This document shows, one piece after another, positions 10,159 to 21,345 of a stretch of 64,000 bases of DNA. The stretch covers positions 512,001 through 576,000 of the forward strand of contig OZ244937.1 of NCBI GenBank assembly GCA_965222075.1, given 5' to 3'. The stretch's first letter is position 1; every line of letters starts with the position of its first letter. Position numbers and translations under genes: made by a program. The notes beneath the pieces were generated by a model. It ran no database searches and had not been told where the DNA came from. It worked only from the letters and a program-made list of their open reading frames with translations. The stretch comes from Candidatus Latescibacterota bacterium (GTDB lineage: Bacteria > Latescibacterota > UBA2968 > GCA-2709665).

Positions 10159-11605
10159 TGCTGCCTGAGGAAAGAACCGGCACAGGGGGGCGGCGGTCCG
10201 CCCAGGGGCGGGCGGCTTCGAGCTGGGCGGCGAGGCGGAAGAGGGTGGCTTCATCGCCGAAGCCTGCGACGAAGTGGACGCCTACGGGAAGGCCGGCATC
10301 GTTCCAGAAGAGGGGGACGGACATGGCGGGCTGTCCGGTGATGTTGCAGGTGGGGGTGAAGGGGACGAAGGCGATGGCGCGGTCGAGCGGCTGAAGGGGG
10401 TTGTCCGGCGGGGCGTCGAAGGCGCCTATGGGCAGGGGCGGTTCGGCCAGGGTGGGGGTGAGCCAGAGGTCGTGGTCGAGAAAGAAGCGGGCGATCTGCC
10501 GGGACAGGTTCTGGAGGTTCTGCACGGCGAGCAGGTAGTCCGCTGCGCTGTGGCGGCGGCCCATTTCGTAAAGCGCCCAGGTGAAGGGTTCCAGCTGGTC
10601 CAGGGTGGGGGGTTGCCCGGCTGTGCGCGTGGCGCCGTCGATTTTCCAGACGACTCCGGACGACCAGAGGGTGAGGAAGCTCGGGATCAGCGCGTCGGCA
10701 TCCGCCGGGGAGGAGGCTTCGGCCACATGGTGGCCCAGGTCGGCGCACAGGGCGGCGGCGTCCTGTACGGCGCCGATGCAGTCGGGGTGCAGCGGTACGC
10801 CGTTGGATGTGGCTGTGGTGAAGGCGATGCGGAGCCGGCCGGGGTGGGCGTTGACCTCGTGGAGGAAGGGACGTTCGGGCGGGGGGGCCCAGTAGGGGTC
10901 GCCCGGGTCGGGGCCGGAGATGACATCTAAGAGGGCCGCGCTGTCCCGCACCGAACGGGTGAGCGTGTGGCTGGTGGTCAGACCACTCATCGCGTCGCCC
11001 AGGTGGGGGCCTGAGGGGGTGCGCGCCCGGGTGGGTTTGAGGCCGAAGAGGCCGCAGCAGGAGGCGGGGATGCGGATGGAGCCTCCGCCGTCGTTGGCGT
11101 GCGCGACAGGGACCAGGCCAGCGGCTACGGCAGCGGCCGAGCCCCCGCTGGAGCCGCCCGGGGTGAGGTCCGTGTTCCAGGGGTTGCGGGTAGGACCGAA
11201 GAGGCGGGGCTCGGTGGTGGGGAGGAGGCCGAATTCCGGGGTATTGGTTTTGCCCAGGACGATAAGGCCGGCGCGTTTGAACCGGGCGACGAGTTCGCTG
11301 TCCTCCCCGGGCACGGCATGGCGCAGAAAGGCCGAGCCGCTTGTCATCGGCACGCCGGCGTAAGCGGCGCCCAGGTCTTTGAGCAGGAAGGGCACCCCGG
11401 CGAACGGGCCGTCGGGGCGTCCACCGGCGGCCTCGGTACGCGCCTGGTCGTACATCGGCGTGACCACGGCGTTGAGGGCGGGATTGAGGCGTTCGATGTG
11501 CTCGATTGCCGCGTCCACAAGCTCGACGGCTTTGACCTTTTTCTGCCGTACGAGTTCGGCCTGGGCCGTGGCGTCGAGGCAGGTGAAATCGTCCGGGGTC
11601 GCCAT
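10154..11605 (-). CDS. Amidase signature family protein
   Basis: [31 protein letters not shown]. Confidence 0.93.
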   Translation of the reverse strand: MATPDDFTCLDATAQAELVRQKKVKAVELVDAAIEHIERLNPALNAVVTPMYDQARTEAAGGRPDGPFAGVPFLLKDLGAAYAGVPMTSGSAFLRHAVPGEDSELVARFKRAGLIVLGKTNTPEFGLLPTTEPRLFGPTRNPWNTDLTPGGSSGGSAAAVAAGLVPVAHANDGGGSIRIPASCCGLFGLKPTRARTPSGPHLGDAMSGLTTSHTLTRSVRDSAALLDVISGPDPGDPYWAPPPERPFLHEVNAHPGRLRIAFTTATSNGVPLHPDCIGAVQDAAALCADLGHHVAEASSPADADALIPSFLTLWSSGVVWKIDGATRTAGQPPTLDQLEPFTWALYEMGRRHSAADYLLAVQNLQNLSRQIARFFLDHDLWLTPTLAEPPLPIGAFDAPPDNPLQPLDRAIAFVPFTPTCNITGQPAMSVPLFWNDAGLPVGVHFVAGFGDEATLFRLAAQLEAARPWADRRPPVPVLSSGSK

Positions 11606-11609
11606 GGGG

Positions 11610-13298
11610 CTACACCTGACGTTCCTGCTGCGGGATGACCGGAAGCAGGATGTGCGACGGATACTCGCGGGAGTGATACACCGTCTGATGCGCGGTGCGC
11701 ATCTGGGCGTCTGTGCCGAACGCGTGTCCCGTGTTGAGGTTGCGGTCGAAGCGGGGGAAGTTGGAGGAGGAGACTTCCAGGCGGATGCGATGGCCCTTTC
11801 GGAAAACGTTGCCGGTGACGCCCAGGTCGATTTCGTATTCGTAGACGCTGTCCGGTTCGAGCAAGGTCGGGTCGGTGAGGCTTTCGCGGTAGCGGGCGCG
11901 GATCATGCCGTCGCAGAGGTTCATGGCGTAGCCGGTGGGAGAGATGTCCACGAGCTTGGCGGTCCAGTCGGTGTCGGGGCCGTCGGTGGCGGCGTAGAGG
12001 ACGGCTTTGATCGGTCCGGTGACTTCCAGGTCCGCGTCTAAGGGAGCGCTGGTGTAGCAGAGGACGTCGCCGCGCATTTCGACGGGACGCTGGTCGTAGG
12101 GGCCCCAGGGGACGATGTGGGGCGAACAGCAGTTGTTGCCGCCCATGGTCTGGACGGGGTACTCGGGGTCGTAGACGAAGTGGTCCGGGGGTTCGTCCGA
12201 GGCCGGCTCGGGCGACAGGGCGCCGTCGCCGAGGAGGCTGTTCGCGCTGCTGCGGGAGTGGAGGTGCCACTTCTGCCAGGCCGTGCGGGCAAGGGGCCAT
12301 TCGTGCTCGTCGCGCCACTGGTTGACGCCCATGATGAAGAGCTTGATGGGGGGTTCGTCGGTGACGCCGTTGTCGATGCCTTTGAGCCAGTGGTCGAACC
12401 AGCGGAGCTCCAGGGCTTCCAGGTCGAACATGGAATCGGCGCCGAAATCGATGTCGCCGGTGCGGGGAGAGCCGCTGAGGCGATGCGGCCAGGGGCCGAC
12501 GATGAGTTTGCTCTGCTGGGCTTCAGGCGTGCGTCCATGCTGGCGCAGGCCGTTAAAGTTGATGAAGGCGTGCTGGGCGTAGAGGTCGTACCAGCCGCCC
12601 ATGTTGAGGGCGGGCGCGGCGATTTCACCCCAGCGTTCCTCGTCGTTTATGGCGGCCCAGTATTCGTCGTAGGCGGCGTGTTGAACCCAGTCTTTCCAGA
12701 AGGGGAGGCTGCGGCCGGCCAGTTCGTCCATTTCGATGAGGGGCAAGGCCCGGAAGGCCTCGGTCCAGTTGTGGTATTCGATGCTTTGGGCGGTGCGGCC
12801 GTTGGTGCGCATGCCCCAGGTCATCAGGACGTTGAGCTGGAAGGCGCCGCCGGGGTAGACAAGGCCGCTGAAGTAGTCGCAGCAGATGACGCGGGGAGCG
12901 ATGCAGGTGAGGAATTCGCTACGGTGCGGCGCGCTCTGCCACTGGACCAGGCCGACGTAGGAGCCGCCGGACATGCCGATTTTGCCGCTGCTCCATTCCT
13001 GCCGGCCGATCCATTCCTGGGTGTCGTAGCCGTCTTCCCCTTCGCGGAAGGGATAGTAGTCGCCGTCCGAGTCCCAGCGCCCCCGGCAGTCCTGGATGAC
13101 GCAGGCATAGCCCTGGTTCGCCAGCCGCCGTCCCTTTTCGATCATGCCCTCGCTGTTGTTGTCGTACGGGGTGCGCATCAACACCGTTGGAAATTTCCCG
13201 TTTCCTCTGGGGAGGTAGAGGTCCGCAGACAGGTTGATCCTGTCGCGCATGGGGACCTTTACGTTCAGGCGCATTTCCACATCGTAAGCAGGCTGCAT
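11610..13298 (-). CDS. CocE/NonD family hydrolase
   Basis: [21 protein letters not shown] nucleophile, [19 protein letters not shown]. Confidence 0.92.
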   Translation of the reverse strand: MQPAYDVEMRLNVKVPMRDRINLSADLYLPRGNGKFPTVLMRTPYDNNSEGMIEKGRRLANQGYACVIQDCRGRWDSDGDYYPFREGEDGYDTQEWIGRQEWSSGKIGMSGGSYVGLVQWQSAPHRSEFLTCIAPRVICCDYFSGLVYPGGAFQLNVLMTWGMRTNGRTAQSIEYHNWTEAFRALPLIEMDELAGRSLPFWKDWVQHAAYDEYWAAINDEERWGEIAAPALNMGGWYDLYAQHAFINFNGLRQHGRTPEAQQSKLIVGPWPHRLSGSPRTGDIDFGADSMFDLEALELRWFDHWLKGIDNGVTDEPPIKLFIMGVNQWRDEHEWPLARTAWQKWHLHSRSSANSLLGDGALSPEPASDEPPDHFVYDPEYPVQTMGGNNCCSPHIVPWGPYDQRPVEMRGDVLCYTSAPLDADLEVTGPIKAVLYAATDGPDTDWTAKLVDISPTGYAMNLCDGMIRARYRESLTDPTLLEPDSVYEYEIDLGVTGNVFRKGHRIRLEVSSSNFPRFDRNLNTGHAFGTDAQMRTAHQTVYHSREYPSHILLPVIPQQERQV

Positions 13299-13434
13299 GG
13301 GAACTCCTTTCCAGCTGTTGTGAGGATAGGACTTGACATCGGCTTGTGGGAATTGCAAATTGGCCCTTCCCCTGGTCCCTCACCCAACCGGAGAGGGGAG
13401 AGCGGGGGGTCAGGTTAAATAAGGAGACAAGATC

Positions 13435-14187
13435 ATGGCAGAGAAACAGGCTCCGGTGGGTTATGATGACACGCCGATGCTGCCCGGTTCGAAGTGGCGG
13501 GTGCACGACGCGGAGCGGCCCCAGCCGCAGGTTGTTACTCCCGGTACATTCGGTTCGCAGGATATGCCGGGCCGGCCGCCGTCGGACGCAATTGTGCTCT
13601 TCGATGGCAGCGACGTGTCCGGGTGGGTCGGGCGCGACGGCGGACAGGTCCGGTGGAAGGTCGAGAACGGCTATATGGAAGTCACACGAACCGGCAATAT
13701 CCAGACCCGAGCGCATTTTGGAGACTGCCAGCTTCATATCGAGTGGGCCGCGCCTGCAAAGGTGAAGGGAGACAGCCAGGGGCGGGGCAACAGCGGGGTA
13801 TTTCTCATAGGCAAGTACGAGATCCAGGTGCTGGACGGGTATGAGAATCCGACGTATGCGGATGGCATCACCGCGGCGATTTACGGAACGTACCCGCCGC
13901 TGGTCAACGCCTGCCGCAGGCCCGGCGAGTGGCAGACCTACGATATTGTTTTCGTGGCCCCGCGCTTTGAGGAAGACCGGCTCGCCAGCCCCGCCTTGAT
14001 CACGGTTATCCACAACGGGGTGCTGGTCCATCACTGCCGGGAAGCCCTGGGGCCTACAGGGCACAAGCGCCTGCCGTCGTACGATGAGCCGCACGGCCCC
14101 AAAGGACCGCTTATGCTCCAGGATCACGGGGATGCTGTTCGCTATCGCAATATCTGGATCCGCCCGATCAGAGACTACGATGGATGA
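13435..14187 (+). CDS. DUF1080 / 3-keto-disaccharide hydrolase family protein
   Basis: VLFDG, FGDCQLHIEW, GNSGV, YEIQVLD, LQDHG, RNIWIR. Confidence 0.9.
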   Translation: MAEKQAPVGYDDTPMLPGSKWRVHDAERPQPQVVTPGTFGSQDMPGRPPSDAIVLFDGSDVSGWVGRDGGQVRWKVENGYMEVTRTGNIQTRAHFGDCQLHIEWAAPAKVKGDSQGRGNSGVFLIGKYEIQVLDGYENPTYADGITAAIYGTYPPLVNACRRPGEWQTYDIVFVAPRFEEDRLASPALITVIHNGVLVHHCREALGPTGHKRLPSYDEPHGPKGPLMLQDHGDAVRYRNIWIRPIRDYDG

Positions 14188-14243
14188 GCAAGCCCTTTCA
14201 AGCGGCCGTGCGCATCGGCCCCGTCGGCCTGAACGGTCCAGAT

Positions 14244-14702
14244 TCAGCTCCCGGCGAGTTTCTTTTTGTAGGCGGCAAGGCGCTCCCGAATGCCCTCGTC
14301 TGTGAGGGCGAGGATCTGGGCGGCGAGGACGGCGGCGTTGCGCGCATTGTCGATGCCGACGCAGGCGACGGGCACACCGGGGGGCATCTGGACGATGGCG
14401 TAGAGGGCGTCTAAGCCGTTGAGGGCGCCGGAGGCGATGGGGACGCCGAGGATGGGGAGGGTGGTGTGGGCGGCAAGCACGCCGGGGAGGGCGGCAGCCA
14501 GACCCGCGCCGGCGATGATGGTTTTGAGGCCGCGGTCGGCGGCCGTGCGGGCGTATTCGGCCGTGCGGTGGGGATTCCGGTGGGCCGAGGAGACGGTCAT
14601 TTCGTAGGGGATGCCGAGTTCGTCTAAGATAGCAGCGGCCTTCTGCATGGTAGGCTCGTCCGATTTGCTGCCCATCACGATTCCAACGATGGGGTTGGCC
14701 AC
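14244..14702 (-). CDS. purE: N5-carboxyaminoimidazole ribonucleotide mutase
   Basis: [34 protein letters not shown]; GTG start with GGAG RBS. Confidence 0.95.
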   Translation of the reverse strand: MANPIVGIVMGSKSDEPTMQKAAAILDELGIPYEMTVSSAHRNPHRTAEYARTAADRGLKTIIAGAGLAAALPGVLAAHTTLPILGVPIASGALNGLDALYAIVQMPPGVPVACVGIDNARNAAVLAAQILALTDEGIRERLAAYKKKLAGS

Positions 14703-14756
14703 GGTGTTCCTCCATATCAAAAAATGGACGATTTGGACGGTTTCGGAATTCTCGCA

Positions 14757-16859
14757 TTAGCTCTTACGCATAAACATGTCGCACGCTTTCCGAATCGCGG
14801 CGGCCGGACCAATGAAGTAGACCTGATCCTCCTCCTCGATGATCGTGTCGCCCCGCGGTACCACGAACTGGTTGTCTCGGATTATCGCTGCGATCACACA
14901 CTCCTTTGGTACTTCGAGGTCACGGATGGGGCGTCCACTTACGTGGGACTGCTCGGGTACCATTACATCCAGAACACTGGCGGCTCCGATACCAAACTCG
15001 AAAAGCTGTGCCAGACCGGGCCTGTCGAGGAGACTCTCGACCATGGCCGCCGTGGCCCAGGGTGCGCTGATTGCCACTACGCCGTTTTGCTCGAGCAGCT
15101 GCGTATACTCGGGGTCCTGGACGACGGCGATCACCTGGTCCAGCCCCAGTTGTCTCGCCTGGAGGGCGGCGATCACGTTCCGGCCATCATCCTCGGATGC
15201 GGCAATCACGACATCGATGTTCTCGATGCCTACCTGCTCGAGCAGCTCCTTCTTCGTTCCGTCTCCCTGGAAGATGGGCGTATTGAAGCGTCGCTCAAGC
15301 TCATCGCACAGCGCCTCGTCTTCCTCGATGAAGGTGATCTGATGCTCGGCCGAACGGAACATCACCCGGACCTCATCTTTTGCCAACAGCCGGTTTGCGA
15401 TGTTCTGTCCCTGTCTCTTCCCGCTTATGATCAACACGCGCATATGCGTCCTCCTCAATCTCGCGATCAGTAGCCTGGTTCTCTCTGCGAGCGCCGCCGG
15501 GATTTCCATAACTTCAGCGCGGTTCTCGGCTTTCGTCAGGTATATGGCGATCCCAACCAGTGTGAGTATCCCCCCAAGAACAAAGCTCCTCGCTTCCAGG
15601 GCAGGCACGAATGCCCACGTTGTTATGACTCCCAGGATGGGCACCAGGGGATAGAACCACGTCCGGAACGGACGTCTCAGATTGGGCATCCTCTGGTGCA
15701 GTGGGATCACGGCGTAGTTGATGATCCCCAGTCCCATCAGGTAGCCGAAATCACTCACCGATGCCACGAATTTCACAATCCCGGATGAGCTGAAGATGAT
15801 CACGATCGCCGCACAGGCAACAAGGGCGATGTCCGGCGTCTGATACCTGGGGTGCAATCGGGCGAAGAATTGAGGGAAATGTCGATCCCGACCCAGCGCG
15901 AACAGGATTCGAGCGCTGGCGCCCAGGGTCACGCTTAATGCGGAAAGGCTTGCCATGATGGTCGCGGTGATCGCGGCCCAGCGTCCCCAGCCGCCGAAAA
16001 GTCGGTCCGCAAAGAAGATGAATGGCACATCGCTTTGGGCCAGGTCTTTGTAGTTGATGACGCTCATCATCACCCCGACGACCAGGATGTAGATCGCCGT
16101 GCTGACCCCAAGGGTGATCAGTATCGATCGCGGAATGTTCTTGTGCGGCTCGATGATCTCTTCAGAGGCATTCGAGATGAGCTCGAATCCGACGTAGGAG
16201 ATGTAGATCAGCGCCATGGCCGGAACGAAGGGCCCCCATCCCATAGGCGCGAGGGGCTCCAGGTTCATCGGCTCGATATCGGTCATACCCAGCACCGGAA
16301 CGGCGATGAGCACCGCCAGTTCCACCAGGTTCATGACGGTAATGACGATGAGCGCTTCCCTCATGCCCAGGTAGTTGACGGCGGTGAACACCACCGTGGT
16401 GATGAGGGTAATAAGGGCGATGTTCGCGTCGGCCAGGAAGTACGTGCGGATCGTCAGGGCGAAGATGAGCGCGTACATCGCACAGGCGAGCGTGTTGCCG
16501 ATCCAGAAGAACCAGCCGGCAAAAAAAGCCACGGGCCGGCTCATCGTTCTGCTGGTAAAGGAATAGCCGCCGCCGGCCAGCGGAATAGCCGCGCCGAGTT
16601 CGCTGTAGTTCAGGGCGGTGAATACGGTCATGATGCCCATCACCAGATAGACGAGGATACCGAGCGGACCGACCATATGGGCCAGCTCGCCTGGCAGGGC
16701 AAAAACCCCCGGTCCCATTGTGGCGCCGATGCCGATCATCACCGCCATGAACAGGCCGATATTTCGCCTGAAGCTCACTTGCTCTGGCAAGATTGCATGC
16801 TCGCGGATTGTGGGAACTGGGTGGTGGCCATCCCGCCGATGCCTACAAAGTAGAGGCAA
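14757..16859 (-). CDS. APC-family amino acid permease fused to TrkA-N/TrkA-C (RCK) domains; start codon uncertain
   Basis: About 12 hydrophobic segments, GATMGPGVF, YSELG, GFE motifs; C-terminal GDGT...PRGDTII RCK-like region. Confidence 0.85.
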   Translation of the reverse strand: MPLLCRHRRDGHHPVPTIREHAILPEQVSFRRNIGLFMAVMIGIGATMGPGVFALPGELAHMVGPLGILVYLVMGIMTVFTALNYSELGAAIPLAGGGYSFTSRTMSRPVAFFAGWFFWIGNTLACAMYALIFALTIRTYFLADANIALITLITTVVFTAVNYLGMREALIVITVMNLVELAVLIAVPVLGMTDIEPMNLEPLAPMGWGPFVPAMALIYISYVGFELISNASEEIIEPHKNIPRSILITLGVSTAIYILVVGVMMSVINYKDLAQSDVPFIFFADRLFGGWGRWAAITATIMASLSALSVTLGASARILFALGRDRHFPQFFARLHPRYQTPDIALVACAAIVIIFSSSGIVKFVASVSDFGYLMGLGIINYAVIPLHQRMPNLRRPFRTWFYPLVPILGVITTWAFVPALEARSFVLGGILTLVGIAIYLTKAENRAEVMEIPAALAERTRLLIARLRRTHMRVLIISGKRQGQNIANRLLAKDEVRVMFRSAEHQITFIEEDEALCDELERRFNTPIFQGDGTKKELLEQVGIENIDVVIAASEDDGRNVIAALQARQLGLDQVIAVVQDPEYTQLLEQNGVVAISAPWATAAMVESLLDRPGLAQLFEFGIGAASVLDVMVPEQSHVSGRPIRDLEVPKECVIAAIIRDNQFVVPRGDTIIEEEDQVYFIGPAAAIRKACDMFMRKS

Positions 16860-16961
16860 GCCTGGTTTGCTCGAAATCGCTGTGAGGGCATTTTCCCCGT
16901 GCTGAAAGGTCGCTTCCCAGGTCGAGCGAGATTGGGTGCGGCGGCCAACTTTGGAGAAGAT

Positions 16962-18056
16962 TCATTGCTGCAGGCGGCGGATGCGCGCAGGCAGGTCGTC
17001 GTGCCGGGTCTCAACAGAGATGATCCTCAAGCTGCGGTCCTCCACCGGCAGGTCCACCCTGGTCCCGCCTTTTCGATGCGATTCCCGTAGTGCGATGGCG
17101 ACTTCCAGGGCGGCCAGGCCGTCTTCGCCCGCACACCGGGGCTTTCGGCCGGTCTCAATGGCGGCGGTGATATCCTCCAGGATGGTCAGGCCCGTGCCCT
17201 GCATTCTGGCGGGCAGGGGGAAGGGGTATCTGGCAGGCAGGCCACGACGGCCGCCGGGTTCTAAGCGAAACCACTCGAAGTCCAGGGCATTGGACAGGGA
17301 GCGGATGCGGCCCTTTTCGCCGATGACGTCGAATTCCCAGGAAGCGATGCCGCAGCCCATGGCCCGCAGGTAGCCGATGACGCCGTTGTCGAACGACAGG
17401 TAGCCGTTTCCGGCCAGGTCGTCTTCGCCGCTGGCGGCCTCGTCCGATTCCATCTCGCCGAAGACCCATTCGACCTCGCCCCCGGCCAGGTAGCGCAGGG
17501 TGTCGATGGCGTGGCTGCCGTTGTGGGAGAGGCTGCAGGGGGCGTAGGCCGTGACCTGGAGCAGATCGCCGAGTTCACCTGCTTCGATCAGCCGCCTCGC
17601 CCCGTCGAAGAAGGGGTTCCAGCGCCGTGCGCAGTTGACGGCCAGGACCACCCCTTGCTCACGGCAGACGCGGACCATGGCGTCGGCCTCTTTCAGGCTG
17701 AAGGCGATCGGCTTTTCCGCCCAGATCGCTTTGACACCGGCGCGGGCGGCGTCCTGTACGAGCTGCGCGCGCAGCCTGGCGGTGGTGCAGACGCTGACGA
17801 TGTCTAAGCGCTCCTTTTCCAGCATTTCCCGGTAGTCACCATAGAGGTGGTCCCCGTCCAGGTTCCAGCGGTCGCCGAAGATGGCGCGCTGTTCATCGTG
17901 GATGTCGGCGCCGGATACAAGTTCGATATTCGGGGCGGCGTGATAACTGGGCGCGTGGCAGTAGGGCAGGAAGACAGACCCTCCCTGCGCGATCTCGTCG
18001 TCGAAGGTGCTGCCCATACGGCCCAGGCCGATAACGCCGGCGCGGTAATGGGGCAT
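16962..18056 (-). CDS. Gfo/Idh/MocA family oxidoreductase
   Basis: GVIGLGRMG, AEKP, NGSHAID. Confidence 0.9.
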   Translation of the reverse strand: MPHYRAGVIGLGRMGSTFDDEIAQGGSVFLPYCHAPSYHAAPNIELVSGADIHDEQRAIFGDRWNLDGDHLYGDYREMLEKERLDIVSVCTTARLRAQLVQDAARAGVKAIWAEKPIAFSLKEADAMVRVCREQGVVLAVNCARRWNPFFDGARRLIEAGELGDLLQVTAYAPCSLSHNGSHAIDTLRYLAGGEVEWVFGEMESDEAASGEDDLAGNGYLSFDNGVIGYLRAMGCGIASWEFDVIGEKGRIRSLSNALDFEWFRLEPGGRRGLPARYPFPLPARMQGTGLTILEDITAAIETGRKPRCAGEDGLAALEVAIALRESHRKGGTRVDLPVEDRSLRIISVETRHDDLPARIRRLQQ

Positions 18057-18107
18057 GGTGTTTCTCCTTACGATGGAAGGGCGAGTGGGCACACGCATGC
18101 GTCGTCC

Positions 18108-19424
18108 CTACGCCCCTGCGTTCAGGCCTGCCTGCCGCGTCTGCGGCGCAGGCAGGCGCGCAAGTGCCCGGTGGCCGATGTCCTTCCGGCAGTACATGTC
18201 TTTGAATTCGATCTTTTCCACGGCCTGATAGGCCCGCTGGATGGATGCCGGGATGTTGTTACCAAGGGCGGTGACGCCGAGTATCCGGCCGCCGTTGGTG
18301 ACGAAGCGGCCGTCGCTTCCGGCCGTGCCTGCGTGGAAGAGGACCACGTCGTCGGGGGCTTCGGCCCGGTTGATGCCGGAGATGGGATAGCCCTTTTTGT
18401 AGTCGCCGGGATAGCCCCCCGAAGCGATGACAACGCAGGTGGCGGCGCGGTTGTCGATTTCGACGGAGACGTCCTTGAGATTGCCTTCACAGACGCCTGT
18501 GAGGAGGTCAACGAGGTCGGTTTTGAGCAGGGGGAGGACAACCTGGGCCTCGGGGTCTCCCAGGCGGCAGTTGAATTCGATGACTTTGGGGCCGTCGGGA
18601 GTCAGGATGATCCCGCCGTAGAGGATGCCTCTGTAGGGACGCCCCTCGGCGGCGAGGGCCTGCACCGTGGGCTGCATGATGCGGTCGTAGATTTCCTGCT
18701 GGAGCTCGGGGGTGACCACAGGGGCGGGCGCATAGGCGCCCATGCCGCCGGTGTTGGGGCCGGTGTCTCCCTCTCCGATGGTCTTGTGGTCCTGGGAGGG
18801 GACGAGGTAGACGATGTGCTCCCCGTCGGTGAAGCCAAAGATGGAAGCTTCCTCGCCTTCGAGCCATTCCATCAGGACCACCTTGTCTCCGGCCGCGCCG
18901 AAGACCCGATCGACCATGACCTTTTCGATGGCCCGGAACGCTGCGTCGGCTGTGGGACAGGGGATGGCGCCTTTGCCCATGGCCAGGCCGCTGGCTTTGA
19001 AGTAGAGGGGGCGGTCCCACTCCCGGACGCAGGCGCGGGCGGCTTCCGGGTCGGTAAATGATCGGTAGTCGCCGGTGGGGATGCCGTATTTGTGCATCAG
19101 TTCGAGGGCAAACTCTTTGTCGGCCTCGATCTGCGCGGCGGCCTGCGTGGGGCCGAAGATGGTGAGGCCGCTTTCCTGAAACCGGTCTACGATGCCGTCG
19201 GCCAGGGGGTTCTCCGGGCCGATGAGGGTGAGGTCGATGCCTTCCAGTTGGGCAAAAGCGAGGAGGCCGTCGATGTCTTCGGAGGCGATGTCCACACATT
19301 GGGCCTGCTGCGCCATCGCGGCATTTCCAGGAGCGGCGTAGAGCCTGGTTACTCTGGGGCTCTGGGCGATCTTCCAGACGAAGGTATGTTCGCGGCCTCC
19401 GGCGCCGACGATGAGGATCTTCAT
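18108..19424 (-). CDS. purD: Phosphoribosylamine-glycine ligase
   Basis: GAGGREH, GPENPL, QDHK, GPNTGGMGAY, EFNCRLGDPE, TNGGRIL. Confidence 0.97.
   Translation of the reverse strand: MKILIVGAGGREHTFVWKIAQSPRVTRLYAAPGNAAMAQQAQCVDIASEDIDGLLAFAQLEGIDLTLIGPENPLADGIVDRFQESGLTIFGPTQAAAQIEADKEFALELMHKYGIPTGDYRSFTDPEAARACVREWDRPLYFKASGLAMGKGAIPCPTADAAFRAIEKVMVDRVFGAAGDKVVLMEWLEGEEASIFGFTDGEHIVYLVPSQDHKTIGEGDTGPNTGGMGAYAPAPVVTPELQQEIYDRIMQPTVQALAAEGRPYRGILYGGIILTPDGPKVIEFNCRLGDPEAQVVLPLLKTDLVDLLTGVCEGNLKDVSVEIDNRAATCVVIASGGYPGDYKKGYPISGINRAEAPDDVVLFHAGTAGSDGRFVTNGGRILGVTALGNNIPASIQRAYQAVEKIEFKDMYCRKDIGHRALARLPAPQTRQAGLNAGA
18127..18156. repeat. 30-bp CCTGCCTG...CAGGCAGG palindromic element in frame in the purD 3' end
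   Basis: cctgcctgccgcgtctgcggcgcaggcagg; adds PAPQTRQAGL near the C-terminus. Confidence 0.75.
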
Positions 19425-19482
19425 GCGATGGGCCTCCGGTTGTTCGAGGTTGGAGCGGCGACCGCGCCTCTACAGGTGTCCC

Positions 19483-20220
19483 TTATTTCTCTATTTCGTC
19501 TTCGGAGACCTGGGCGATGAGGGTGCCCACGTCTTCGCCTTGCAGGATGCGGCGCATGGAGCCCTGCCGGTCGAAGTCGAAGACGTGCATGGGGAGGTTG
19601 TTGTCGCGGGCGAGGAGGACGGCGGACTGGTCCAGCGCGCCCAGGTTGTCCCGGATGACGGTGGTGTAGTTGATCTTGAGATAGAGACGGGCATCGGGGT
19701 TGAGGTTCGGGTCGTCGGTGTAGATCCCGTTGGTTTTGTGTTTGGCATAGAAGATGGCGTCGGCGCGCATCTCCAGCGCCCGCTGGACGCCGGGGTAGTC
19801 CGTGGTGACGTAGGGGTTGCCGATGCCGCCCGCGAAGATGGTGAGGTAGCCTTTCTCCAGGTGGTGGATGGCCCTCAGCCGGATGTAAGGCTCGGCCACG
19901 GTATTGATCGGAATGGCGGTCATAACGCGCACTTCGACGTTGCCTCTGGCGGTAAGCACGCCACGCAGCATCAGGCTGTTGATGATGGTGCCCAGCATGC
20001 CGATGTTGTGGGCTTCGGCCTCTTCGATGCCCCACTGGGTGCCCAGGCTGCCTTTGAAGATGTTGCCGCCGCCGATGACCACACCCACCTGGACGCCGAG
20101 TGCGTGGATGCCGAGGATTTCGTCGGCGATGTAGTTGAGGGCGTTGGGATCGAAGCCGAATTCCTGTTTTCCGGAAACAGCGCCGCCGCTGAGTTTGAGT
20201 ATGACGCATTTGTATCTCAT
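19483..20220 (-). CDS. pyrH: Uridylate kinase family protein
   Basis: LKLSG, GGGNI, GIGNPYVTTD, GIYTDDP; not in the usual tsf-pyrH-frr context, so possibly a paralog. Confidence 0.75.
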   Translation of the reverse strand: MRYKCVILKLSGGAVSGKQEFGFDPNALNYIADEILGIHALGVQVGVVIGGGNIFKGSLGTQWGIEEAEAHNIGMLGTIINSLMLRGVLTARGNVEVRVMTAIPINTVAEPYIRLRAIHHLEKGYLTIFAGGIGNPYVTTDYPGVQRALEMRADAIFYAKHKTNGIYTDDPNLNPDARLYLKINYTTVIRDNLGALDQSAVLLARDNNLPMHVFDFDRQGSMRRILQGEDVGTLIAQVSEDEIEK

Positions 20221-20461
20221 TGCGCAGGACGTCTCCCACGGTTTGGTTGGTAAGTTTCACTCACAGGCTTAAATATAGACACACAACGGCCGGTGTCAAC
20301 GAAATTCAGGGGCGAGAGGCCTGGGACGTGAAGCTTGTTGACCCACCGGTCCCGGGTCCCGGGTCTCTGCCTTTTGAATTGGGTTGACTTTTTACGGGTT
20401 TTTTCCAATTATGGGGATATCGGTGCGGACAGATACGGTTGATGCGCGAAAGGAGGGCCCT

Positions 20462-21268
20462 ATGGCTCCAACAAAGGTTCTGGTGACGGGCGTTTACGGT
20501 CTGATTGCCGGGGCGATTTACAATCGGTTCAAAGAACAGCCCGAGAAGTACGATGTGTGCGCTCTGGCCCGGAGGCGGCAGCCGTCGGACCGGGCGCCGG
20601 ACGGGCGGGCGCTTGAGGTTCCGGATGAACGGTTTTTCTTAGCCGATTTGTCAGACAAAGAGGCGGTGCGGCGGGCGGTTGAGGGGATGGAGGTGGTGGT
20701 GCAGATGGCGGCCGACCCCAGGCCGGAGGCGGGCTGGGAGCAGATCCTGACAAGCAATGTTATTGGCGCATACCACGTGTTTGAGGCAAGCCGGCTGGCC
20801 GGGGTGAGGCGCGTGGTCTACGCCAGTTCGGTGATGGCGTCCTGGGGCTACCAGTTCGATGAGCCTTACAGGGCGATCAAGGAATGCCGGTTTGAGGACG
20901 TGCCGGACGAGATTCCGATGGTGCGGCACACCGATCCCCCCCGGCCCACGGAGCCCTATTCGGCGAGCAAGGTGTGGGGTGAGGCCTTAGCGAGGACGTA
21001 CTCGGACGTGCACGGGCTGTCCTGCATCTGTCTGAGGATCGGGTGGGTGAATGCGGAAGACCGGCCCTGGAAGCCGGACCTGGCGGCGGTCTGGTGCAGC
21101 CAGCGGGATATCGTGCAGCTTGTGGAGCGGTGCGTGGATGCGCCGGAGGAGATCCGGTTCGATGTTTTCTACGGGGTTTCCGACAACCGGTACCGCTGGG
21201 TGGATACCGACCGTGCCCGTGGGGCCGTGGGGTTTGCGCCTCAGGACCGGGCGGAGGACTCCATGTAA
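20462..21268 (+). CDS. NAD-dependent epimerase/dehydratase (uronate dehydrogenase-like)
   Basis: VLVTG, YASS, YSASK catalytic motif, LRIG. Confidence 0.88.
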   Translation: MAPTKVLVTGVYGLIAGAIYNRFKEQPEKYDVCALARRRQPSDRAPDGRALEVPDERFFLADLSDKEAVRRAVEGMEVVVQMAADPRPEAGWEQILTSNVIGAYHVFEASRLAGVRRVVYASSVMASWGYQFDEPYRAIKECRFEDVPDEIPMVRHTDPPRPTEPYSASKVWGEALARTYSDVHGLSCICLRIGWVNAEDRPWKPDLAAVWCSQRDIVQLVERCVDAPEEIRFDVFYGVSDNRYRWVDTDRARGAVGFAPQDRAEDSM

Positions 21269-21345
21269 AAGGGGTGAGTGGCAGGCACGCTTATCTCGTA
21301 CCTCACGATGCTCTCTGGAGAAGAAACAAGAGGAAAGGAGAAAGG

